Below are positions 20,466-29,927 of a stretch of DNA of 64,000 nucleotides, in pieces. Source of the stretch: Chloroflexota bacterium (lineage in GTDB: Bacteria > Chloroflexota > Dehalococcoidia > Lucifugimonadales > Lucifugimonadaceae); the NCBI GenBank assembly GCA_002719295.1, contig PBHC01000009.1, positions 1-64,000 on the forward strand. The letters run 5' to 3'. Below the pieces are notes generated by a model, which worked only from the letters and a program-made list of their open reading frames with translations, did not search any database and was not told where the DNA came from. Position 1 is the stretch's first letter; each line of letters opens with the position of its first letter. The position numbers were made by a program, and so were the translations under genes.

Positions 20466-21851
20466 TTAATTCTCTTGAGTTGACATTTGATTATTTCTAA
20501 CTGAATCAATAGAAACGAATCTTCCTATTGAATCGTCCACTGCAAGAGGGACTGTATCAGTTGGACCATTTCTATGTTTTGCAACAATTATTTCAGCTTG
20601 ACCTTCAGGATAAGGAATTCCAGGATTATTTTTAATCCAATCCTCTTTAGTCACAAACTTTTCTTCTCTATGAATGAACATAACTACATCTGCATCTTGT
20701 TCAATAGATCCAGACTCTCTTAAATCTGACAATAATGGTCTATGAGATTGTCTGTGTTCAATTGCTCTTGAAAGTTGAGATATCGCTAAGACTGGAACTT
20801 TTAAGTCTCTAGCCATTGCCTTAACTTGTCTAGAAATCTCTGAAACTTCTTGTGCTCTGTTTGTCTCTCTTGAGCCTTTATTGTTACTTAGTAATTGCAT
20901 ATAGTCTAAAATTATAAAATCTAGCCCATATTCAAGTTGTAATCTTCTAGCTTTACCTCTCATTTCAGCAACACTTTGTATAGGGGAATCATCTATAAAA
21001 ATTGATAAGTCTGAAAGTTTACCAATAGCATCGATTAATCTGTTTTCTTGAGATGTACTTAATCTCATCATTCTTAATGAATGCATATTAATTCTTGCTT
21101 GTGTTGCTAACATCCTTGTAGCAATTTGCTCTCTTCCCATTTCAAGAGAATATATTGCTACTTTATGGTCATTCATTGCTGAATTTATTGCTAAATTCAA
21201 AGCAAACATAGATTTTCCTACTGAAGGTCTAGCGGCAAGTACTAGCATATCAGATCTTTGCAATCCACCTAATAGCTCATCAAGCATCTTAAACCCTGAA
21301 CCTATTGGAGCATTTTCTCCACTATTTATTTCACTTGTAGAGGTTTCAAGAAAAGGTGTTAAGGTTTCTCTAAGTGGAACAAAGTCTCTGCTTGGTTGAT
21401 CATTTCTAATTCCGTAAATAATATCTTCTGCTTTAGCCAAAGAAGTATCTACATCTGGATCATTTTCAAATCCTATATCTGAAATATTTTCAGCAGCATT
21501 GATTAGTGTTCTCATCGTTGCTGTTCTTCTGACTAGATTTGCATAGTGTTTTATGTGTATAGAAGTAGGAACAACATCAACAACTTTAGCAAGATAGGCT
21601 CTTCCTCCTACCACTTCAAGTTTTTCTTGAGTTTCAAGTTCATGAGCTATGGTAATTTGGTTTATAGGCTCTTGTCTGTTAAATAAATCTCGAGCTATCT
21701 CAAAAATTACTTTGTTAGGCTCTAAATAAAAATGTTCTGGCTCAAGAAAAGATGCTATTTTCGTAAAAGACATGCCATCTAGTAATAAAGAACCAATAAC
21801 TGATTCTTCAGCAGATATATCATGTGGGAATAGTTTGTCAGATAACACCAT
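20466..21851 (-). CDS. dnaB: Replicative DNA helicase
   Basis: PHDISAEESVIG, AARPSVGKS, DYMQL, SQLSR, SDLRESGSIEQDAD, KHRNGP. Confidence 0.97.
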   Translation of the reverse strand: MVLSDKLFPHDISAEESVIGSLLLDGMSFTKIASFLEPEHFYLEPNKVIFEIARDLFNRQEPINQITIAHELETQEKLEVVGGRAYLAKVVDVVPTSIHIKHYANLVRRTATMRTLINAAENISDIGFENDPDVDTSLAKAEDIIYGIRNDQPSRDFVPLRETLTPFLETSTSEINSGENAPIGSGFKMLDELLGGLQRSDMLVLAARPSVGKSMFALNLAINSAMNDHKVAIYSLEMGREQIATRMLATQARINMHSLRMMRLSTSQENRLIDAIGKLSDLSIFIDDSPIQSVAEMRGKARRLQLEYGLDFIILDYMQLLSNNKGSRETNRAQEVSEISRQVKAMARDLKVPVLAISQLSRAIEHRQSHRPLLSDLRESGSIEQDADVVMFIHREEKFVTKEDWIKNNPGIPYPEGQAEIIVAKHRNGPTDTVPLAVDDSIGRFVSIDSVRNNQMSTQEN

Positions 21852-21869
21852 TAATAATCCAAATTTTTT

Positions 21870-22502
21870 CTAATTATTTGAATTATTATCTCCATTTTCT
21901 TCAATTTCAGAAGAGGTTTTTTGATTGTTTTCTTCGTTATTAGAATTTTCTTCAGAATTTTCTTCAGAATTTTCTTCAGAATTAGCTTCTTTTTCTTCTA
22001 ATTTCTTTAGTTTTTCCTGTTCTATCTTGTGTTCTTCCATTACTTTTACAGATTCTTCATCAGGAATAACATTTAATACAATATTTAATGTGACTTCTTC
22101 AACAAATTTTGCAAATACTTTGAATTTTCCTATAACCCTTATAGGTTCAGTAATATTAAAAAACCTTCTATTCATAGGTCTTCCTGTTTTTTCTTCTAAT
22201 GCTTCAGCAATAATATTAGGAGTGATCGAACCATACAATCTACCAGTTGGTCCTGTTCTTACTTCAATATCTAATTCAACATCCTTTAGACTTTCTGCAA
22301 CAACTTGCCAATCTTTAGTTTCTTGAATTCTTCTATCTTCAGCTTCTGCTCGAAGTTTTGTGGCTCTTTGAAGAGCTTCTTCTGTAGCTAATACAGCCAC
22401 TCCTTGAGGTATAAGAAAATTCCTAGCAAATCCAGGTTTTACGTTTTTAACATCTCCTGCTCTTGCTGTAGGCAATAAATCTTTCAAAAATAATATGTTC
22501 AT
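21870..22502 (-). CDS. rplI: 50S ribosomal protein L9 with a low-complexity C-terminal extension
   Basis: GDVKNVKPGFARNFLIPQG, GRLYGSIT. Confidence 0.95.
   Translation of the reverse strand: MNILFLKDLLPTARAGDVKNVKPGFARNFLIPQGVAVLATEEALQRATKLRAEAEDRRIQETKDWQVVAESLKDVELDIEVRTGPTGRLYGSITPNIIAEALEEKTGRPMNRRFFNITEPIRVIGKFKVFAKFVEEVTLNIVLNVIPDEESVKVMEEHKIEQEKLKKLEEKEANSEENSEENSEENSNNEENNQKTSSEIEENGDNNSNN
21942..21983. repeat. 12-bp tandem repeat AGAATTTTCTTC x3.5 encoding (NSEE)n in the L9 tail
   Basis: Exact repeat units read directly at 21942, 21954 and 21966, plus a partial unit at 21978. Confidence 0.9.
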
Positions 22503-22615
22503 TTTTTAGTTTTTGCTCCTGTAAAAATATTTCTGATTTATATAATTCTAATTTATAGAATCATATTTTTTTTATGCTAGTATCTATAATCATAACAAAA
22601 AACATGGAGTAAAAT

Positions 22616-24373
22616 ATGCAATTTGATGAAATTATCAAAGATACTAATTTTTCAGATGCTAATAAACCAAACCTTTTGGACTACCCAAAACAATATAATG
22701 ATTTTGACTGGAATCGTGATGCTTATTCTAAGTTAGAATGGCTTCCTGATGGAGGTTTAAATAATGCTTATGAATGTGTTGATAAGCATGTAAAACATGG
22801 TCATGGAGATAACCTCGCTATGATCTGGTTAGGTAAAAACGGAGAAGAAGAAAAATATTCATATAATGATTTTAAACAAGAATCGGACAAATTTGGTCAA
22901 GTGATGCTAGATTTGGGTATGGAAAAAGGAGATAGAGTATTCATTTTTATGGATAGGCTTCCTGAATTATATTTTGCTGCTATGGGAATTCTAAAAGCAG
23001 GTGGTGTTATTGCTCCTTTATTTTCTGCATTTGGTCCTGATCCAGTAAAAGATAGAATGCTTGATGCAGGTGCAACATATTTGGTTACATCACCGGACCT
23101 CAGACAAAAGATCTCTCCAATTTTAAAAGATATAAAAACTTTAAAAAATGTAATTGTAGTGAATAAAGACAATAGATTTAAGGATCCTTTAGATGATGGT
23201 GACCTTGATTACAATGATTTGATGTCAAAAGTAGATTCTGAAAGTTTCAAGATGGTTAATACTTCTCAATATGATTTTTCTATAATGCACTACACTTCAG
23301 GTTCAACAGGAAAACCTAAAGGAGTATTGCATAGGCATCAAGCTGTTGTTCAACAGATGCTTACAGGCCATTGGGCTTTAGAACTCAGCCATGGAGATAT
23401 GTATTTTTGTACAGCAGATCCTGGATGGGTAACAGGAACTTCTTATGGAATGATTGCTCCATGGACTAATGGAGTTACCCAGATAATTTATGAAGGTGGA
23501 TTCGGTGCTGCAAAGTGGTATGAAATTATCGAAAAATATAAAGTGGATATTTGGTATACAGCACCAACAGCAATAAGATTGTTGATGAGAGCTGGTGAAG
23601 ATGTTGTAAAAAAACATGATATGACTTCTCTTAGATTTATAGGATCAGTAGGAGAGCCACTCAATCCTGAAGCGGTAGTATGGGGAGAGAGAAATTATAA
23701 ACTACCTATTCATGATAATTGGTGGCAAACAGAAACAGGCGCGATAATGTGTGCTAATTACCCTTCAACTAATATCAAACCAGGATCAATGGGACAACCG
23801 TTCCCTGGAATAACAATGGGAATTCTTGATGATGAATACAATGAATTACCTGCAGATGAGAGTGGGATTCTTGCCGTTAGACCAGGTTGGCCATCTCAAA
23901 TGTTTGCATACTGGAAACAAGATGATATGTATAACTCTAGGTTTAAAAAAGGATGGTATATTACAGGAGATCAAGCAGCTAGAGATAAAGATGGATATTT
24001 TTGGTTTCAGGGTAGGGCAGACGACGTGATAAATACAGCTGGACACTTAGTAGGACCTTTTGAAGTAGAAAGTGCTTTGATTGAACATCCTGCTGTAGCT
24101 GAAGCTGGTGTTATTGGAAAGCCTGATCCAATTGCTATGGAAATAGTCAAAGCCTTTGTAACTTTGAATCCCGGTTATGATCAAACTCCTGAACTTAGAA
24201 AAGAATTGATTCGATTTTCAAGAGAAAAACTTTCTGCAGGAGTTGCTCCTAGAGAGATAGATTTTCTCGAAACAATGCCTAAAACTAGATCAGGAAAAAT
24301 AATGAGAAGATTATTAAAAGCAAGAGAATTAGGAGAGCCTGAAGGTGACATTTCAACTTTAGAGGATGACTAG
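22616..24373 (+). CDS. acsA: Acetate--CoA ligase (short AcsA type)
   Basis: YTSGSTGKPKG, SVGEPLNPE, WWQTETG, GRADDVI, PKTRSGKIMRR. Confidence 0.92.
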   Translation: MQFDEIIKDTNFSDANKPNLLDYPKQYNDFDWNRDAYSKLEWLPDGGLNNAYECVDKHVKHGHGDNLAMIWLGKNGEEEKYSYNDFKQESDKFGQVMLDLGMEKGDRVFIFMDRLPELYFAAMGILKAGGVIAPLFSAFGPDPVKDRMLDAGATYLVTSPDLRQKISPILKDIKTLKNVIVVNKDNRFKDPLDDGDLDYNDLMSKVDSESFKMVNTSQYDFSIMHYTSGSTGKPKGVLHRHQAVVQQMLTGHWALELSHGDMYFCTADPGWVTGTSYGMIAPWTNGVTQIIYEGGFGAAKWYEIIEKYKVDIWYTAPTAIRLLMRAGEDVVKKHDMTSLRFIGSVGEPLNPEAVVWGERNYKLPIHDNWWQTETGAIMCANYPSTNIKPGSMGQPFPGITMGILDDEYNELPADESGILAVRPGWPSQMFAYWKQDDMYNSRFKKGWYITGDQAARDKDGYFWFQGRADDVINTAGHLVGPFEVESALIEHPAVAEAGVIGKPDPIAMEIVKAFVTLNPGYDQTPELRKELIRFSREKLSAGVAPREIDFLETMPKTRSGKIMRRLLKARELGEPEGDISTLEDD

Positions 24374-24393
24374 AATTTTGAAAGGACATTTAA

Positions 24394-25551
24394 ATGAATT
24401 CTGAATGGGGAGCAATATATAAAGATTTGGGTTTACAGCCAATAATTAACGCTACTGGTAGTGTAACTGCTTTAGGTGGATCTGTTGTTGCAAATGAAGT
24501 AAAAGAAGCCATGGATATGTCTAATGATGTTTATATACCGATGGCTGAACTAGAGCAAAAAGTAGGAGATGAAATTGCAAAAATATTAGGTGTACCTGCT
24601 GCCTACGTTACTTCTGGGGCTGGCTCTGCATTAACTCTTGCAGCAGCAGCTTTTATGGCGGGAAAAGATGATGATAAAATTCAGCAACTTCCTAATACTG
24701 AAGGAATGCCAAATAAAATATTAATTCAAAAGAGACAAAGATATTGGTATGATCGCTGTATGGAATTTTCTGGAGGTAGATTAGTTGAAATAGGTAATGA
24801 AGATGGAACAACGAAAGATGACCTGATAAATGCTATAGATAATGAAACCGCATGTGTTCATTACCCAGTATATGAACAGGCAGATATTGACGAAAATATT
24901 TTATCTCTTGAAGAAGTCATTGAAATTGCTCACTCTAAAAATAAACCTGTATCAGTTGATGCAGCTGGTCAAATATATCCATTAGAAAATTTTGGGAAAT
25001 ATGTAAAAATGGGAGCAGATTTTCAATGCATTGCTGCCAAATATATGGGAGCTCCTCATTCAACTGGTATAGCATTAGGGACCAAAGATGTCATAGATAG
25101 TATATCTAGACACTCTTTTGTTGGGTATGAAAGTAGAAGAATTAGAGGTATAGGAAGGCCTCATAAAATTGATAGACAAGAAATAATAGGTGTATATACA
25201 GCAGTTCAAAGATGGATGAGTATGAATCATGAAGAAAGATTATCTTTAGAAGAAACTAAAACCCTGAATATTATTAATGACATACAAAATATTGAGGGAA
25301 TAGATGTAAAAATAATTGACAATATTATTGGTCATCAACCATTTGGATTATCTTTGGATATTGATTCTAAAAAATATAATACTGATAATCATGATTTTGT
25401 GGAAATTCTTAAAAATTCAAATCCATCCATTTGGACTAGAGTTCCAGATGGAGAAGATTCAATAGTGATTCATGTTTTCGGAATGAATACTGACCAATCT
25501 AACATTGTAGGAAAAGTTATTAAGGAAAAATTAGAGGAAATAAAAAAGTGA
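24394..25551 (+). CDS. SelA-like PLP-dependent enzyme (DgaE/D-glucosaminate-6-P ammonia-lyase-like family)
   Basis: PIINATGSVTALGGS, VTSGAGSAL, VDAA, AAKYMG, IGRPHKIDRQEI; lacks the N-terminal tRNA-binding region of SelA. Confidence 0.75.
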   Translation: MNSEWGAIYKDLGLQPIINATGSVTALGGSVVANEVKEAMDMSNDVYIPMAELEQKVGDEIAKILGVPAAYVTSGAGSALTLAAAAFMAGKDDDKIQQLPNTEGMPNKILIQKRQRYWYDRCMEFSGGRLVEIGNEDGTTKDDLINAIDNETACVHYPVYEQADIDENILSLEEVIEIAHSKNKPVSVDAAGQIYPLENFGKYVKMGADFQCIAAKYMGAPHSTGIALGTKDVIDSISRHSFVGYESRRIRGIGRPHKIDRQEIIGVYTAVQRWMSMNHEERLSLEETKTLNIINDIQNIEGIDVKIIDNIIGHQPFGLSLDIDSKKYNTDNHDFVEILKNSNPSIWTRVPDGEDSIVIHVFGMNTDQSNIVGKVIKEKLEEIKK

Positions 25552-26405
25552 AAACAATTACACTTATGAGTCCCGGTGAAATGGGCTCACCTATTGCAGA
25601 ACAAATTATTAATTCTGGAATTGATGTAATATCTCCATTAAAAAACAGATCACCTCAAACATTTGAGAGAGCTAGAAAATATGGAATAACAGATTCTGAA
25701 AATTTAGAAAATTCTATTAATGAATCTGATCTTATAATTTCAATTCTAGTTCCGGATGCTGCGAAAGATTTAGCAGTTAAGGTCTCTGATATTTCCAAAA
25801 AATTAGATAAAGAAATTTATTTTGCAGATCTTAATGCTATATCACCTGAAACAGTGCAAAGTATGGGGAAAATACTTTCTGAATCAAAAGTAAATTTTAT
25901 TGATGGAGGAATAATAGGAACACCTCCTAAAAATAATACTATGCCTAGAATATATGTTTCTGGTGAACATTCTAGTTTTTTTACTAAACTTGATGGGTTA
26001 GGAATGAAAGTAATAGATATGGGAGCAGATATTGGGTCTGCTTCAGCAATGAAGATGGCATATGCATCTATAACAAAAGGTTATTCATCTTTATTAATTG
26101 CAGCTGTAACATTGTCTATTAAGACAAATAACTATGAACACCTTATGAAGGAACTTGAGTTTTCACAAAGTAATGTATTTAATGACCTGAATAATTTGAA
26201 AAGCATTCCTAGTAAAGCTCATAGATGGATAGGAGAAATGGAAGAAATTTCTAAGACGTTTATAGAAAATAATATTACTGGAGACTTTCATAAAGCATCA
26301 GGTTCTATTTATAGTAATGTATCTCAATCCAAATTAGGAAAAAAAAGATTATTCCCTTCTGATATAGATTTAGAAGGCAAGGATTTTTTTGAATCTATTC
26401 AATAA
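25548..26405 (+). CDS. NAD(P)-dependent oxidoreductase (6PGD/HIBADH-like, DUF1932)
   Basis: SPGEMG, ADLNAISP, DGGIIG, ASAMKMAYASITKG, KAHRWIGEMEEI. Confidence 0.8.
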   Translation: MKTITLMSPGEMGSPIAEQIINSGIDVISPLKNRSPQTFERARKYGITDSENLENSINESDLIISILVPDAAKDLAVKVSDISKKLDKEIYFADLNAISPETVQSMGKILSESKVNFIDGGIIGTPPKNNTMPRIYVSGEHSSFFTKLDGLGMKVIDMGADIGSASAMKMAYASITKGYSSLLIAAVTLSIKTNNYEHLMKELEFSQSNVFNDLNNLKSIPSKAHRWIGEMEEISKTFIENNITGDFHKASGSIYSNVSQSKLGKKRLFPSDIDLEGKDFFESIQ

Positions 26406-27221
26406 TTATTGAATTTTAGAAGTTATATCCTCAATATTATCTACTAGCCTAGAAAATTCTTTTTCACATTGAGTATTATTAAAAACTGCTGGCTCATTAT
26501 TATCTGAATAATCTGCCAAAAGAGAAATCTCAGTTAGTGTAGGTAGCCCTAGTTCATCGGCCATATCTTTAGCTCCACCAGTTCCGAATATTCCCCCAGT
26601 CATGTTTTCAACGACACCCCAAACCTTGAGATTTAATTTTTTGATCATATTTATAGATCTTTTTGCATCTAAAGCTGCTAGCTCTTGTGGAGTTGAGACT
26701 ACTATAAAACCATCAATATTTAAAGTTTGCATTACAGTTAGAGGAGCATCAGATGTACCTGGAGGGAGATCACAAATCAAATAATCAATATCTCCCCAGT
26801 TTGTTTTAGAAATAAATTGGTTTATCGCATTATGAATCATTGGGCCTCGCCACACTATGGCTTCGTCTTCATTTTCTTGGAAAAACCCCATGGACATAAC
26901 AGATACGCCATATTTTTCAGGTGGAATCATTTTCCCTTCAGCATCAGCCTCAGGTCTATTTGAAATTCTTAAAACTCTTGTAACGTTCGGGCAATCTATA
27001 TCACAATCTAAAATTGCAACCTTTTTACCTTTTTTAGCTAAACTTATTGCTAGATTAGTGGTTACTGTAGTTTTTCCTACACCACCTTTTCCTGAGTAAA
27101 CACCTATCCTATGTTTAATTGAATTAAGAGACTTACTTATTTCTTGCTTTTGTTTGAACTGCTCACGAACTTGAGCTAATCTTGCTTCTTCAGCGGGAGT
27201 TAATTTTCTAGGCTCTGACAT
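26406..27221 (-). CDS. mrp: Mrp/NBP35/ApbC family ATPase (Fe-S carrier) lacking the CPxC motif
   Basis: SGKGGVGKTT, AIVWRGPM, DLPPGTSD, VSTPQ, GVVENM; ATG at 27221 overlaps the upstream stop (TAATG). Confidence 0.9.
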   Translation of the reverse strand: MSEPRKLTPAEEARLAQVREQFKQKQEISKSLNSIKHRIGVYSGKGGVGKTTVTTNLAISLAKKGKKVAILDCDIDCPNVTRVLRISNRPEADAEGKMIPPEKYGVSVMSMGFFQENEDEAIVWRGPMIHNAINQFISKTNWGDIDYLICDLPPGTSDAPLTVMQTLNIDGFIVVSTPQELAALDAKRSINMIKKLNLKVWGVVENMTGGIFGTGGAKDMADELGLPTLTEISLLADYSDNNEPAVFNNTQCEKEFSRLVDNIEDITSKIQ

Positions 27222-27529
27222 TAGTCTATTCCCAAAAGTCTTTTCCCATCCTCTGTGATTAGATCTGGATTCCATGGTGGCTCAAATACCACATCTACTA
27301 CTACATCTTCAACATCTTCGATTTCAGCTATACGCCATTCTGCTTGTTGGGCAATATAAGGGCCCATACCGCAACCTTGAGCAGTAAGAGTCATTTCAAC
27401 ATGAACCTCATTATCTTCTACCTCAACGTTATATACTAATCCTAAATCTACAATATTTACTGGTATCTCTGGATCATATACTTCTTTTAATGCTTCTATA
27501 ACGGAATCTTTATTTAAATCTTCTGACAT
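27221..27529 (-). CDS. DUF59/SufT (PaaD-like) Fe-S assembly protein
   Basis: VYDPEIPVNIVDLGLVY, MTLTAQGC, EPPWNPD. Confidence 0.92.
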   Translation of the reverse strand: MSEDLNKDSVIEALKEVYDPEIPVNIVDLGLVYNVEVEDNEVHVEMTLTAQGCGMGPYIAQQAEWRIAEIEDVEDVVVDVVFEPPWNPDLITEDGKRLLGID

Positions 27530-27626
27530 GATATTTTTTATTTTTGTTTATAAATATGATTATATATTAAATTATATGTATTATTAATATATCTTTTCAA
27601 ACAATAATTTATTAATTAAGTAATAT

Positions 27627-27920
27627 TTAATTTTTTAAAATTGTTATTATCTCTCTATGAGCAAGATGACTTCTAACCATATCAACGTTTTCTATCCACC
27701 AATCAGTCCCATAAAATATGGCCTCTTTTTTTTCAATATCATTAATTGAATCTCCGTATGATCTTATCCAGATGAATTGAGATTTTTCTTCATTTACCCA
27801 GGTTGATTCAACATTTATACCTGATTGGTCCAGCAGTGGAACCAGTTTTTTATTGAATAATTCTAGCCAATCATCCATCATCCCTTTGTTTACGGTATAA
27901 ATTCTTAGGTGTGCATACAT
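27627..27920 (-). CDS. NIPSNAP family protein
   Basis: HLRIYTVNKG, FIWIRSY, FYGTDWW; GGAG Shine-Dalgarno. Confidence 0.75.
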   Translation of the reverse strand: MYAHLRIYTVNKGMMDDWLELFNKKLVPLLDQSGINVESTWVNEEKSQFIWIRSYGDSINDIEKKEAIFYGTDWWIENVDMVRSHLAHREIITILKN

Positions 27921-27935
27921 ATTTATCTCCTCTAA

Positions 27936-29927
27936 TTATTTTCTTTTGTCTATTAAGTTTTTTCTTAATTCAGTTATTTGATCTCTCAATAATGCCGCTT
28001 TTTCAAATTCTAAAATCTTTGCAGCATTTTTCATCTCTTTTTCTAAGTCTTTTATAAGTTTATTTATGTTTTTATCTGAAATGTTTTCAATTTTTTGATT
28101 TTCAGATTTATTTAAATTAGTTTCTTTTATTTTTTCAGTAATATCCCTAACTTCTTTTACAATACTTGTTGGTTTTATATTATTTTTGCTATTATAATCT
28201 TCTTGAATTTTTCTTCTTCGGTTAGTTTCATCAATCGCAAATTGCATAGATTTTGTTATTTTATCTGCATACATTATTACTCTTCCTTCTTCATGCCTTG
28301 CAGCTCTTCCTATAGTTTGGATTAATGATGTAGAAGATCTTAAGTATCCTTCTTTATCTGCATCTAAAATCGCCACCATAGATACTTCTGGTAAATCTAA
28401 TCCTTCCCGTAATAAATTGATTCCTACTACAACATCATACGTTCCAAGACGTAAATCTCTTAGTATTTCTATCCTTTCAAGAGTATCTATTTCAGAGTGT
28501 AAATAATGTACTTTTATTCCTAATTCTCTTAGATATTCAGATAATTCTTCAGACATTTTTTTTGTTAATGTAGTTACTAATGTTCTTTGGTTTTTATCAA
28601 TATTTTTTTGAATATTATCTATGAGGTTGTCAATCTGATTTTTTGTAGGCTGGATAATTATTTCTGGATCTAATAATCCGGTTGGTCTTATTATTTGCTC
28701 CACAAAATCTTCTTGCTTTTCATCTTCATATTTTCCAGGAGTTGCAGAAACAAAAATTGTTTGAGGTATCCTATCTTCAAATTCTTGAAATGAAAGAGGT
28801 CTGTTATCTTTTGCTGAAGGAAGCCTAAAGCCATGTTCAACCAATGTTTCTTTTCTTGATTGATCTCCCTTATACATTGCGCTTATTTGTGGCACAGTAA
28901 TGTGTGATTCATCTATAAAAATCAAATAGTCATTATTAAAATAATCTAGAAGTGTCCAAGGTGGGCTGCCTGGACTTCTTCTTCCTAAATGCATAGAATA
29001 ATTTTCCACACCAGGGCATGATCCAGTTTCTCTTAAAAGTTCAATGTCGTAATTAGTTCTTTCTTTTATTCTTTGAGCTTCTAATAATTTATTGTTTTTC
29101 TGAAAATAATCTAACCTAATATCTAATTCATCTTCGATATCATTTAAAGCTTCAGAAAGACTATCTTCAGGAGTTACAAAATGCTTACTGGGATAAATAG
29201 CAATCTCATCAATAGACCTGATTTTATTTTTAGTTAAAATATCTACCTCAGAGATTTTATCGACAATATCTCCAAAAAAATCTATTTTTATAGAAAACTC
29301 TTCATAAGAAGGTATTATTTCTATAGTATCTCCCTTTATAGAAAATGAACCTCTGTTACTTTGATAATCATCTCTTGAGAAATACATTGAAATCAATTTC
29401 CTCGAAAGTTCTGAAGAATTTATTTTGTCTCCAATTTTTATTATTTGAGAAATAGATTCATATTCTTTTGGAGATCCTAATCCGTATATGCATGAAACTG
29501 AAGCAACTATTATAGTGTCTTTTCTAGTTAAAATTGACCTTGTTGATGCATGTCTTAAACGATCTATTTCATCGTTTATATCTGATTCTTTTTCTATATA
29601 TGTGTCTGTTCTTGGGACGTATGCCTCAGGTTGATAGTAATCATAATATGATACAAAGTATTGAACTGAGTTAGATGGGAAAAACTCTTGAAGCTCGCTA
29701 GCTAATTGAGCTGCTAAAGTTTTATTATGTGCAATAACTAATGTAGGTTTTTTTAACTCTTCAATTATTCCTGCCATAGTAAAAGTTTTACCTGACCCCG
29801 TTACTCCTAAAAGAGTTTGAAATCTTAATCCATCATTTATACCTTGTACTAATTTTTTAATAGCATTGGGTTGATCTCCTCTATGTGAGAAAGGGGATTC
29901 AATATTAAAATTTAGGCTATTGTCCAT
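27936..29927 (-). CDS. uvrB: Excinuclease ABC subunit B
   Basis: GDQP, LGVTGSGKTFT, FVSYYDYYQPEAY, DESH, GINLLREGLDLPEV, C-terminal UVR domain. Confidence 0.98.
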   Translation of the reverse strand: MDNSLNFNIESPFSHRGDQPNAIKKLVQGINDGLRFQTLLGVTGSGKTFTMAGIIEELKKPTLVIAHNKTLAAQLASELQEFFPSNSVQYFVSYYDYYQPEAYVPRTDTYIEKESDINDEIDRLRHASTRSILTRKDTIIVASVSCIYGLGSPKEYESISQIIKIGDKINSSELSRKLISMYFSRDDYQSNRGSFSIKGDTIEIIPSYEEFSIKIDFFGDIVDKISEVDILTKNKIRSIDEIAIYPSKHFVTPEDSLSEALNDIEDELDIRLDYFQKNNKLLEAQRIKERTNYDIELLRETGSCPGVENYSMHLGRRSPGSPPWTLLDYFNNDYLIFIDESHITVPQISAMYKGDQSRKETLVEHGFRLPSAKDNRPLSFQEFEDRIPQTIFVSATPGKYEDEKQEDFVEQIIRPTGLLDPEIIIQPTKNQIDNLIDNIQKNIDKNQRTLVTTLTKKMSEELSEYLRELGIKVHYLHSEIDTLERIEILRDLRLGTYDVVVGINLLREGLDLPEVSMVAILDADKEGYLRSSTSLIQTIGRAARHEEGRVIMYADKITKSMQFAIDETNRRRKIQEDYNSKNNIKPTSIVKEVRDITEKIKETNLNKSENQKIENISDKNINKLIKDLEKEMKNAAKILEFEKAALLRDQITELRKNLIDKRK

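Noticed and set aside
21942..21983. Repeat as a CRISPR or regulatory array
   Set aside because: It is an uninterrupted 12-bp in-frame coding repeat without spacers
24394..25551. Second true selA
   Set aside because: It lacks the N-terminal domain and the HTNLGR and FSGDKLLGGPQ signatures found in 49376-50740
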